This document shows positions 34,801 to 47,113 of a stretch of DNA of 64,000 nucleotides, one piece after another. Each line of letters opens with the position of its first letter. Within the stretch, counting starts at the first letter, position 1. Source of the stretch: Phoronis australis (lineage: Eukaryota > Animalia > Phoronida); assembly GCA_002633005.1 (NCBI GenBank), contig NMRA01000034.1:279259-343258 (forward strand). Direction: 5' to 3'. The translations under genes and the position numbers were made by a program. A model generated the notes under the pieces. It saw nothing but the letters and a program-made list of their open reading frames with translations. It was not told where the DNA came from and did not search any database.

Positions 34801-37800
34801 AAATACATCTTAAGTGTCTGTTTGAATCCACCAAGATACCAAATGAATGAAGGTTGACATGTCAATGGGCTGACGTAATCTATATTATGTGAATGGACTC
34901 ACAGGCCTGGGATAGTTGATATACCGCTGCATGTTTGGTCACTTCCCTGGACCCAATTTGAAATATGCACCTCAATACGGCAACAGTTTCACAGCAATAT
35001 TATCACGAATGCATTGTAGACAAACTGTAGCTCTAGCAGGCTTACAAAGGACTTCGCTTCTCGCTTGTGGGACTTAACAGCAGCATATATGGTAGGCGTG
35101 GTCTAACTGCGTAAGACGGACGATACTAAAGGACGCTTTTGTTAGTTCGTTTTCAGGTTTTGATCTGCCTCCTCATCAGGCCCCATCTGCCGCCTATTAA
35201 AATTTTCGAACCTGAGTCAAATTGTGGTAAACGTTATTAAGGTAAACACTTATTTAAAGTAAGTGTTTTGGTTACGGTAATGTTTCGTCACACTGACTTG
35301 TAGAAGGCATTAGTTACTCGTTTAAGTCTCGCGCACTCGCCATCGACGGTCGTGTTGTGTTGCTCTGGTAAACAAACTGGATGGTTTGTGAGACATTCAG
35401 CAATTCTGAATCATCGTTGCGATATTCCAAAACGCGCATCTTAGCTGGTGCTAAAAGGAATTTGATTGATAATTACAAGAAACGCTGAAAAAGGTCGACA
35501 CCACTGCATAAACAGACACAAAGAATCAATATGTCAGTGATTATACAGTATGCCATTACAGGCCTACCGAGCCGATTATGGCAAAATTTTGGACTGATTT
35601 TGGTTCGTAACACGAATTGTCTGTTTCTGGGGGAGGTAAATCACACAGCCACTGCAGGCGACTCTCAATAAATATTGCGTGATTCTGAAATATTCTTTTG
35701 TGTGTCCTACTATGATATTAAAATCTCTCCAGTAAGCCAAGCTTCGCTCCACTAAACTCGCACCTTCTTTTAAAAATCTATTTTTGAGTGAGATCACGCA
35801 TTATTATAAAAATGGACTAGCAATGATTTCTGGGCTGAAGAAGAAATCACAATTCGATATCTGTGTTTTAGTAGTGACATAGTTCTCCATATTTTCAGGA
35901 GTTAGGCCGCGTCCTTGTAAGACTTTAAGTCTCAACCGTGTTCCTCACTCATCAGATTAGATGTGATCTGAGCCTAGGGAGAACTGGCAAATCATTGCAG
36001 AGTAAGACCGTGCTCAACGCATAACTAGTAAAACGACCAGCCAGGCCAAGCTCATTTATAGAACTTTGCTAGTCTCAATCAAAACAAGCGAATATAAAGG
36101 TGTCTAATTAAAAATTGACAAATGGCGGGCACATAATAGCTTTGTACTTTTCACGCATTGCCCTCATCGGTTCCAGCATAGTCTATGGTTCCAGGGAGCT
36201 GGTCATTCAGGATAGAAGCTAAAACATGCATCCCATCTAATTCTATCTCATCTAGACCTGAGCACTAATCACATGCACACGATTTTATATGGACTCGATC
36301 AATAGTAAACTAATTTAAACATATTAAAATTGCTTCTGCTATATGCCAGATCTCATTAGGCTATGGCAACAAATGTTGATAAGAACAGGAATTACGATAC
36401 GTGCAAAATGCACGGAGAGGTGGTAAATGTACATTAACATATACGTGAATTAATGTGCACATTTGTTTAGGCGGAGATACAGGCGAACTCTTTAGTTCAA
36501 ATAAACAAAAGTACCTCTTCGCGTCTACTTACTATCTTTTTGACGGGGATGCAGCTGGCAAATTAAGAATATCCATCCGTTTAGAGAGTAGACTCGAAAA
36601 AGGGACTCGCTTGTTGGGAGCTTCCAAGAAAATGTCACGCGCCTCATTTACGTAGGATTGTGTTCTATAAACACGGCTCTTCCGTGGAGTTTATTCCGTG
36701 TAAACTTTCGTAGATGATGCACTGTTGAAATCCTAAGCCATTGAACCACACTTACAGTAAAAACGCTAAGAAGAGATGCCATGTTTCTGTCAAAATCGAG
36801 TGAGTAAAGATGCCAAAGTGTAAATAATAATAAAAAGCCTCAAGTAGATTTGCTTAGTTAGAAAAAGGGAACCTATTGTAGACTTTCGAACTCCCAACGT
36901 GGACCATTTTCATGGAATTGTGTCCGAAAGGGCACCCTTTCGTATAGGGAAATCGGTAGCGAAAATTTCACCCATTTGAGCGACAAGTCCCGCATTAGCT
37001 CTTTTATTGGAGTAATCCCCGGGAGTAGTAAAATGGCCGCTTTTGTAGAGTTGCTAACTCCCTTTGGAAGGAAATCCTGTCGAAAAGGTACCCTTTCGTG
37101 AGGAATTTTGTCAGAACAGAAAAGACAGCCTTTTGCAAGGAAAGTAGGCTTGAAGACACCTCGAGTTTTTGAGCGACACGCACCCGGCCGTCAAGCTGTT
37201 CTATGGGAATATCCCCCCGCAATAGGAAAAGGGACATTTTGTTTCTAACTCCCAAAGTGAACCTATTTGTAGAGCATTTTATCGGAGAAGAAACGTACTC
37301 TTAAGTAAGAATACTGGTTGTGAAAAAGACTCTTTTGAACGACACGTCCGGGAGTAACCCCCCGGCATTTGTCCTCTAAACCAACAATACTGTATCTATA
37401 ACATTGTTGAAACTACCTCGAAAAATGTCATATTTCAATTGAGACAATCGGAGTACAACACCAGACAAAATCATGTCCCCACACGTTTGTATTTTAGCTC
37501 ACAAAATTTCAACATAAATTAAGTTGGAGAGTTTTTAATTCATGGCAGGCCGACTCGATTGTGTATCCAAAGTTTTTTTTTCGTGTGACCTCTAGTAGTT
37601 TACAGTGCCTTGAGTGACTCATAGGTTTGAAAATTACCCACATGGTAGTAATGAGTTCCATGAAATGCAGTAGTCGTTTCGTGACCCAGCCCTGCAATTA
37701 GGGCGTGTCGACGAAGGCCCCGTGTCCGTAGGCCTTCAAAATCTACAGTGTAGCTACTTCAATACCATGAATACCTTGTTTTGTCACCGGGTTGTTGACA

Positions 37801-40800
37801 ACCGGTCGACCGATCCCTCAAATATGACCATTCGCACAGTACTGCTGGGAACGATCGAGACGCATGTTCATGTCAAACGACAGATTTTTAACTGCCAAAA
37901 ATCCAATATATTTTCGCGAATTCCAATTCATTTTGCCTCACTTGGTTAACTGGTGCCCATTTGACTCTCGCGCATTTGACTCTTGATTATATGCCAAGGT
38001 AGTGTTCTATAACTACCGTGCATTTGCAAAACATAAACAGCACTTATTTCTAACGTGCGTACGTTCGCGTACAGGAACAATACGATAAACGCAGATTGAC
38101 ATATTTAAAAAATAACAGTCACTGACTTTGCACTACAGACATTTACCGTACAGGAGTTGGATTTGAAACAAAACAACGACGGGCGTACGGATACAATGCG
38201 TCTGTATAAGTACACCGGCACACATCGCCCACTTACACACATAAAATGCCTACTGCTTAAAACCCAAGCACTAAAATGTAAAACAATACCCACAATTCTT
38301 AATATAATTGCAGTACATACCCGTGCCATGTTTGTTTTTTCTGCAACGTACTGTGATTGAGTTATAAACCGGTTCGGAGAACTACCTCGACGTGAAGTAA
38401 CTACTGCAGTGTTTATGCTGCACCTTTTGTACAGTAGATATAATGCGATCAGGGACGCGGTCTGAGCAATAGAAAATTTCTGAATGACCTTTGTGGGCGT
38501 GTTTAAGTTACGGGAGACGAACATGAAATGCTCAGGAATATGACGTGAGTGTCCGGATCAATCTATCAATAGTAAATTTATTCCTAGTTGACTGGCGTGT
38601 CTTAACAGCGGTCGACACTATACATATGCATATATTCTCAGTTATAGATTGAATTGTACACAGTAGAGAGACAGCCCTGAGCACTTAGCATAGATGGACG
38701 GGATACCAATATCTGATCACAAGAGTCATCCCAGTGTGTACAAGAGTGCATGATGTCGGCCGCTGGATGTCAACACGTGGGTGTGACACCGGAGGACCTT
38801 ACACATCCGGGTAGCAAATTGACCTAGACTGGGTCCCGAATTTTCGGGCGTGCCCTTTCTATGCTGTATTGTTTCTGTCATGGATTCGATGACTGGCCGT
38901 ACTTTCAATAACCAATATGGCTGAACTTGAAATGTCAATGAGAACATTCCATTTGTGACTGTATGGGACTTTGCCGAGTCCATCCCAGAGTGATCGATTT
39001 GCCTGTCACATATATATAGTCATGTAACAATATGATTGGCGGCATGTACTAATCATATATAGTTTTGTGGCACCTCTAATCTTTAAGCTTACTAAATTCG
39101 AGTATCTCTATCTTTTTCGTTTTCTGTCGGATCCTTTCCAGAAGGCATTTTTTGTGCTCACTGTGGCCTGAACAGTGTTTCGTATCACTTAATTTTGGCC
39201 TAGGACGGTAATGTTCATATTACTCCCAGATTTTGGCAGCTACCCGATTGGTAGCTCATGTTTTCATCACCATCAGTAGGCCTACTAGCTGTTACTGATT
39301 TCTGTTTGTCCCGCCGTCTTAAAATGTATTTTGTCTGTCATAGACCATTCAATGATCAGTGGTGAAGCCTCGAACGTTTGATCTAACTAAATTTTTGGGG
39401 TTCTTTTTCGGTTTCCGGCGGATCTTTACCAGAACAGTTTTGTGTCATGAGTCATTCAATGTTCAGCTGTGGCACTATCACATTTTAAATGAGTTTTGGT
39501 CGGTATCTCACTCTGGTCTAGCTAGTCAACAAGTTTACAGTGGCATATTGTGGGTAGAATCGCTGTTTCCACTCCCTGTTGTTTAGCCCATAGTTACATG
39601 GTCGGCTCAGCACTCCGCGATGAAATAAGTCGCGGGCTATAGCTCCAGCCCGGGTCTATGGGACGCCGCCCATCGAGTTAAGCTACTGATCGGTTTCGCC
39701 GTTTAGCTGGCTAAAAATTAAAACCCGTTTACTTTACTTCCACTCAGTGGTAAAATCGGTCTCTTAACATTCCTTACCGTCAGCAACAAGAGCATCAAAA
39801 CCACTCAAACAACTCAAAATCAGGAGTGGGGCCAACTAAAACCCTAAAATTTAGGATTCGAATATAGGAGATTTGTGCGCATTGCCTGTTGACATACCAG
39901 CTGATTCCGATCGGCAATAATTCGCTTCAGTTAAGTATTCAACATTGACCAGCAAAACATGAGCGAAATGCAACTGCAAATTCAAATAATGTCGGTTAAC
40001 TTTTTAGTCGTCAGTCCTACTAGGTTTCATGTATTTTCCCAATACAGTTTTTTCTTCGGGACTTTGTGCATACTTTCCGGACTTAAGCAACTTTTATTAG
40101 AATTTTGTCAGATCTCGCCTTCATACCTATGCTATGTTTGCTTATTTCAAAAGCAGTCGCGCTGTGTTGATGACAAATAGTTCTCACAAGGTGGCAGGCC
40201 AGACATTCATATTTTTGTACTCCTTGCGGTATCCCCAGGTTTCCCGCTAACATTATATATAAACTGTGACATTCTGACTTGTGATTTGTTTGATTTAACG
40301 AGTTACTGATTCATTAATTACCTATATCTAGTTGCATTTAATTTTGAAAAAATGCCATCTCGTACGCATAAAATATTTGACATTGGACAGAGATGAATCA
40401 ATTTGACGAGTGTATTGGTCAATTTCTAGCATCGAGTTCAACTCTCACTAATGTTAAAAAGCCACTGATCTTGGGAACGTCGAAAGAATGTTACGTTGTC
40501 TTATCATAGCAGATAGTTGCGAAACCGACCCTGAGCGGCCACTGAAATACCGAAGAAGAATCGTTTGCCTTAACGGAATAAGTCCAATTCTTGATACCAA
40601 GAAGCGCGATATCAAGAATGTTGGTCGATCGGTTTTTATCTGATTTTCTGATAAAACACGAGTTTTTTACAAACTTAACTTCTGCCGTGCCACCAAATTA
40701 CCACAATTAGATGTTCGAAATGCTCGCGCAAAAAGCCTCCACCAGGTTCGTTTTTCCAATAAAATGTGTGACTGTCTTAATTTGTAGTGTAGTACGAAAT

Positions 40801-41572
40801 GTTTTCAACCACAGTTTTCTGCTGACAGACCCATTTCTATACACCTAGTCACGTGAGAGATGGGAAGAACTTTTTCCGCAGAACGTATCTGATACGTCCA
40901 GCAGTATAGGCCTACATTTGGGCCGGGGAAACTTTGCATGGTTAAAGCTTAGAACTTTCGTAGGTTGCAAGAAATGGACACCAAAACCGTAATTAAAGAG
41001 ATTTTCAACAACAACCTCCTGTCTGTGGGGACATTCATTGACTCTCTTGGACCGTATTTTCGTCATGTACGTCCGGAAGTATAGGCCTATCTGAATTTGA
41101 ATTTTGTTCCGGCTTAAACATGTGTACGCTCAGCGCTTGTCTGCAGAAAACTCCGGTAACTCTAACTGTAACTCATTTAAGAGTATGAATACTGTAACGT
41201 AAAGTATTATTGGCCTACAACTTTACGTACGTTACAGTATTCAAACCGGTTTGAGTGCCATTGATCCTGCTCACGGCAAATGAAACAGGGTCACGTGGCA
41301 ATAAACATACAATGACCGCGTAATAGCTGTCAGTCGATCTCAAATTTATGACATAAATTGAACTTGCATTGATAATGAATGAGAGAAGATATCAAATGTA
41401 CCATGCAATCAACGAGTTATTATAGACATTAAAATTTAATACACTTTTACCAGTAGTCTAGGTTTTTGTCGCCCAGTTATACAAAATTGCGTCCCTTGGC
41501 ACGTCTTTCGCGACAGAACTTTCTCACTTCGGAGACAAGACGTAATGACAGTTTATCGTCACCAACGGCGCT

Positions 41573-44500
41573 AAAGAAATGTACTTATTCATGTGAATGA
41601 ACAAAAACGCGACGAGACTGATAATTGAGCATTATGCTTTCCGTGAAATATTCAAAACGGTCTTTTGTGCTCTCAGCGAGTCACGGTCAAACCGGTCTAA
41701 AAATGGCAGAGCGATGTTTAATCGTGATTATTGATCCCAGGTCTGTTTAAATTAACTTCAATTTGTTGAATCTTTCGCAGCTCATTTGTCGAATTGTCAT
41801 TATTCCGAAAGCGTCAGAGTAAAATATTCGTTGCCCGTCTCTAAAAGTCCCGTTCTAAAGCAATAAAAAGCTTGCCCATCATTCGTTTACTACAGATAAA
41901 TATTCGAATGAAATACATTTCAAAGCAGCAAAAACTAAATGGCTGGGCGCTCTTCTAAAAAAGATGAGGATTGCCATTGACGCTCCGTCAGCTAGGGGGA
42001 AAGATCTTTCTAAAATCCCCAATGACGTCTGTTTCACGTTGAGACGTGAAATTGTGGGGAGGGGCGCACCGCCTCCCCACTAATGTGCTCTGTAATAAAC
42101 ATGACAATAAATAAATGAATAATTTATCTATCTGCCTATTTGCCCGTTTCATTGTCTATCTATTTCAATGAAGATACAGCAATTAAGCCATAGGTAGTTC
42201 ACTTGATACGTCATGGTGCTATAGTAAAATGTGATAGGTCACCTGATCATTGGTTCGAATACATTCTAGTGGAATAAGAAGTCGACGATGATACTAAAGT
42301 GTATCCGCGTATTTCAAGTGTCGGGCCATCTTGAACAAGAGCAACGCGGAGCGTTGAAATGCGCTCACGATTGCACCACAAAAGGTGTGGTTCTAGGGGT
42401 GTTTACTTCTATCATAAAAATGGCCACTAGATGGCGCAAAATACGTTGACTCCCTCCAAAAACAGGAACATGCCATTACTTTCTTTAATAGAAAGCTATT
42501 GACCAAATTTCGTAAAAATCTGTCAAAGAACTTCAGAGAAACAGAGGAAAACAGAAAAACTGAAATTGCCACTAGAGGGCATAGCTTGGTCGGATCCGTC
42601 TGAAAGTCATCGTCATCGTCCATCATTGTTAACTTCATATAAATACACTTGCTAAATTTCATAAAGATCCTGCAGTGGATTCAGGAGATACAGCGATGGG
42701 CGTAAAAAACACAAAGCCGCAACTAGGAGGCACCACAGTGGGCAAAGTCGTCCAAAAAATCATCGGCAACCGTCCTCTTCACATTAAAAACATGTAAGTC
42801 AATTTTCACAAACGACCTTAAAGTGGTTTGGCGGACGCCAAAAACAGACTAGAAAACAGTAAAAATGACCACTAGATGGCGAAAATACGGCAAATCCATC
42901 CGAAAATAGGAACATGTCATTGTTTCTTTACTAGAAAGATACTGACCAAATTTCATAAAAAATCATCAAGGAACTTCAGAGAAACAGAGGAAAACGGGAA
43001 AAATGAAATTGCCACTAGCTGACAGAGCATTCGTCGGATCTATCTGAAAGTCGTCCTCGTCTGTTGTCAACTTCATATAAATACACTTGCTAAATTAAAT
43101 AAAGATCCTGCAGTGGGTTTAGGAGACAGAGCTATGGGCGCACAAAAAATAAAACTGCCACTAGGAAGCGCCATAGTAGTCAGTCGACGGAAAATCATCG
43201 TCAACTGTCCTTTCACACTAACAACGTATATGCCAATTTTCACAATCATCCTTCAGTAGAGTGGTTTGATTGATAGAGGGGCGGACGCCCAAAAAACAGA
43301 CTCGAAATTAATAAAAATGGCCACTAGGTTACGCAAAATACCTCGAATCCATCCAAAAACAAGAGAATAGTGTCATCTCACATGCCCTATGTGCAAAATT
43401 TCATGAANAAAGAAATGGACTTATTCATGTGAATGAACAAAAACGCGACGAGACTGATAATTGAGCATTATGCTCTCGTAAAATATTCAAAACGGTCTTT
43501 TGTGCTCTCAGCGAGTCACGGTCAAACCGGTCTAAAATGAAAGAGCGATGTTTAATCCTGATTATTGATCCCAGGTCTGTTTAAATTAACTTCAATTTGT
43601 TGAATCTTTCGCAGCTCATTTGTCGAATTGTCATTATTCCGAAAGCGCCAGTATAAAATATCCGTTGCTCGTCTCTAAAAGTCCCGTTCTAAAGAAATAA
43701 AAAGCTTGTCCGACATTCGTTTACTACAGATAAATATTCGAATGAAATACATTTCAAAGCAGCAAAAAACTAAATGGCTGGGCGCTCTTCTAAAAAAGAT
43801 GAAGACTGCCATTGACGCTCCGTCAGCTAGGGGGAACGATCTTTCTAAAATCCCCAATGACGTCTGTTTCGCGTTGAGACGTGAAGTTGTGGGGAGGGGC
43901 GCACCGCCTCCCCACTAAAGCGAGCAGAAAATATATGCTAACAACGATTTCCCTCGAAGGCACTAGACAAGCGGTTCCCGGTACGAGCACCAGATTGAGA
44001 AGAGTCGAGCCTACTCGTCACGGTAGTGTCCAATTCTTCCCATGGTGTCAGTCAAATTAAATGAACGAGTAGCTTGCTTACGAGATACTGTTTTCAAATG
44101 TACCGGATATATGTTAATAGGTTGTACGCGTGAGTAGTTTGCCGCGCCTACTCGACTTGCACTATGCACGATCTCCCAAAAGTATGCCTGCGAATTCCGC
44201 ACTGGGTTTTTTGGCAAAGTGAATACCTCTGCGTGTTACTGTGCGCTCACCTAGCCATGCCCCCCCCGCGCCCCTCGTGGAGTTTTTAATTATTCTCGAA
44301 TCAGTAGTGTTTCCATGTGTTTTGTAATTTTTAATGTGCTCTGTAATAAAAATGACAACAAATAATTTATCTATCTCCCTGTTTGCCCGTCTCATTGTCT
44401 ATCTATTTCAATGAAGATACAGCAATTAAGCCATAGGTAGTTCACTTGATACGTCATCGTGCTATAGTAAAATGTGATAGGTCACCTGATCATTGGTTCG

Positions 44501-45650
44501 AATACATTCTAGTGGAATAAGAAGTCGACGATGATACTAAAGTGTATCCGCGTATTTCAAGTGTCGGGCCATCTTGAACAAGAGCAACGCGGAGCGTTGA
44601 AATGCGCTCACGATTGCACCACAAACGGAGTGGTTCTAGGGGTGTTTACTTCTATCATAAAAATGGCCACTAGATGGCGCAAAATACGTTGACTCCCTCC
44701 AAAAACAGGAACATGCCATTACTTTCCTTAATAATTTCGTAAAAATCTGTCAAGGAACTTCAGAGAAACAGAGGAAAACAGAAAAAATGAAATTGCCACT
44801 AGAGGGCATAGCTTGATCGGATCCGTCTGAAAGTCATCGTCATCGTCCATCATTGTCAACTTCATATAAATACACTTGCTAAATTTCATAAAGATCCTGC
44901 AGTGGATTCAGGAGATACAGCGATGGGCGTAAAAAACACAAAGCCGCAACTAGGAGGCACCACAGTGGGCAAAGTCGTCCACAAAATCATCGACAACCGT
45001 CCTCTTTGTCACATTAAAAACATATAAGCCAATTTTCACAAACCACCTAAAAGTGGTTTGGCGGACGCCAAAAACAGACTAGAAAACAGTAGTTAGAAAA
45101 CAGTAAAAATGGCCACTAGATGGCGAAAATACGGCAAATCCATCCGAAAATGGGAACATGTCATCGTTTCTTTACTAGAAAGCTATTGACAAAATTTCAT
45201 AAAAATCAATCAAGGAACTTCAGAGAAACAGAGGAAAACGGGAAAAAATGAAATTGCCACTAGCTGACAGAGCATTCGTCGGATCTATCTGAAAGTCGTC
45301 CTCGTCTGTTGTCAACTTCATATAAATACACTTGCTAAATTAAATAAAGATCCTGCAGTGAGTTTAGGAGACAGAGCTATGGGCGCAAAAAATAAAACTG
45401 CCACTAGGAAGCGCCATAGTAGTCAGTTGTCGGAAAATCATCGTCAACTGTCCTTTCACACTAACAACATATATCCCAATTTTCACAATCATCCTTCAGT
45501 AGAGTGGTTTGATTGATAGAGGGGCGGACGCCCAAAAAACAGACTCGAAATTAATAAAAATGGCCACTAGGTTACGCAAAATACCTCGAATCCATCCGAA
45601 AACAAGAGAATAGTGTCATCTCACATGCCCTATGTGCAAAATTTCATGAA
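41573..45650. other. Tandem duplication centred on a single-N gap (probable uncollapsed haplotypes)
   Basis: 41573-43407 recurs at 43409-45650 with scattered SNPs and indels; N at 43408. Confidence 0.85.
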
Positions 45651-46316
45651 AATCCCTTTGAAAAAACAGAGGTAAACGTAAAAAAATAAAATTGCCAATA
45701 GAGGGCACACCGGTAGACCGATCCGTCCGAAAGCCGTCGTTGTCCGTTGTCAACTTCATATCAATACACCTGCTAAATTTAATAAAGATCTTGCAGAGGG
45801 AGATACAGATGGGCGCAAAACTGTCATTAGGAGGCGCCACAGTAGTCGAAGTCGTCGGAAAATCATCGTCAGCCGTCCTCTTCATAGTGAGAACCTATAT
45901 GCCAATTTTCACGATCATCCCGGCTTAGAGTGGTTTGGTTGATAGAGGGGAGGACGCCAAAAACAGACCCGAAAACAATAAAAATGCCACTAGGTGGCGC
46001 AAAATAGTTCAAATTCATCTGAAAACGAGAGGTTAGCTTCATCTCACAGACATATGCCTGTATTCCAAATTTCGTAAGAAAATCCGTTGAGGATCCGGCT
46101 CCGAAGATAGAGGTAAGCGTAAAAAATAAATTTGCCACCGGTTGTCGGATTGGTCCGAAATTCGTCGTCATCCGTCGTCAGCTTCATAGTAACACATCTG
46201 CCAAGGAGATACAGCTGCGGACGCCCGGCGGACACCGGACGCCCGCGGACACCGGACGCCCAGACAGAGATGACAGGCGGCAATATGCACCCACATATAA
46301 AAATGAGGTCCGGCAT
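44577..46316 (+). mobile_element. Helentron-associated non-autonomous element (HINE/DINE-1-like) with central tandem array; partial duplicate at 42334-43407
   Basis: Starts AACAAGAG plus hairpin CAACGC-GGA-GCGTTG; about 11 monomers of 130-165 bp; GGACGCC/GGACACC microsatellite-like tract at 46218-46265; imperfect terminal hairpin ATGCACCCACAT...ATGAGGTCCGGCAT. Confidence 0.78.
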
Positions 46317-46749
46317 CTTGGAGCTACAAGCTGCATATCAACAGTGAGAGAAGCTTGTTAATCTTTTAGCCCGTGCCAGATCGATCATCCCGTCTAAAGC
46401 CACAATGTATGTGGAAACAGTCTTCTGACGGCGGGTTACCGCGGTGGTACGTAGCTGAAATGTCACCACATACCCAATCACAACACTTCAACTAAGTAAC
46501 ATTGTGAACACCGCTAGATAACAAGTCTTTGGCTGAAGGAGCACGAGAACAATGGCAAAAGTCACCCCCTCCTAAATCCACCGGCATTTGTTGGCTGCGT
46601 TTCCATTATGTTCAGTCATAGCTCATTGGTTCAGTCGACTTCATGCAACTAAGCGCTGACAAGGATTGAACGTATCAACGTTTCCTATATGCTCACTGAG
46701 ACGGCGTTTACCCGTTCAGCGACTTTACCAGAGGGTTGTGAGTGAGCGT

Positions 46750-47113
46750 GTGAGAACATCTAACTTCTTTGTCACGTTTACTGCCAAGCACAGTCTTTGG
46801 TTTTGTATGACAACAGGCAACCAGGCTTATTACAGATCACGTGTGAATTTCGGCGATTCAAAAACCAAACATGATCACCATTTGACGAGGATTTCAGAAA
46901 TGCAATATTGGTTTATGTTCAAATATGTCATAACTTGACTTTTATTTTTAACAGCACAGGCCCAGTCAGGCTATCTTATGGGAGATCAGAGCAATTATCG
47001 ATCAAAAGAGAACTGGCCCTCCAACCAACGGCTAGAATGGATTAAACCAGTCGTGTAAGATATTGGCTACAGGTGTCATCTTCCCAACTTGAGCTATAGA
47101 ATCGAACAACGGG
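46750..47113 (+). repeat. Interspersed repeat, homologous to 63528-63953 (+) and 62431-62750 (-)
   Basis: Shared blocks AACATCTAACTTCTTTGT, ACTGCCAAGCACAG, GGCGATTCAAAAACYAAACATGAT and CTATAGAATCGAA. Confidence 0.7.

Noticed and set aside
35150-35960. CTGATGA occurrences (minus strand near 35180 and 35955; also near 4170 and 3152)
   Set aside because: None has both a proper stem II and a following GAAA with closing stems; this is expected by chance.
44570-46320. CATCTTG on both flanks of the HINE-like element as a 7-bp TSD
   Set aside because: Helentron-type elements do not normally make such TSDs, and the right copy overlaps the terminal hairpin; it cannot be resolved without an empty site.
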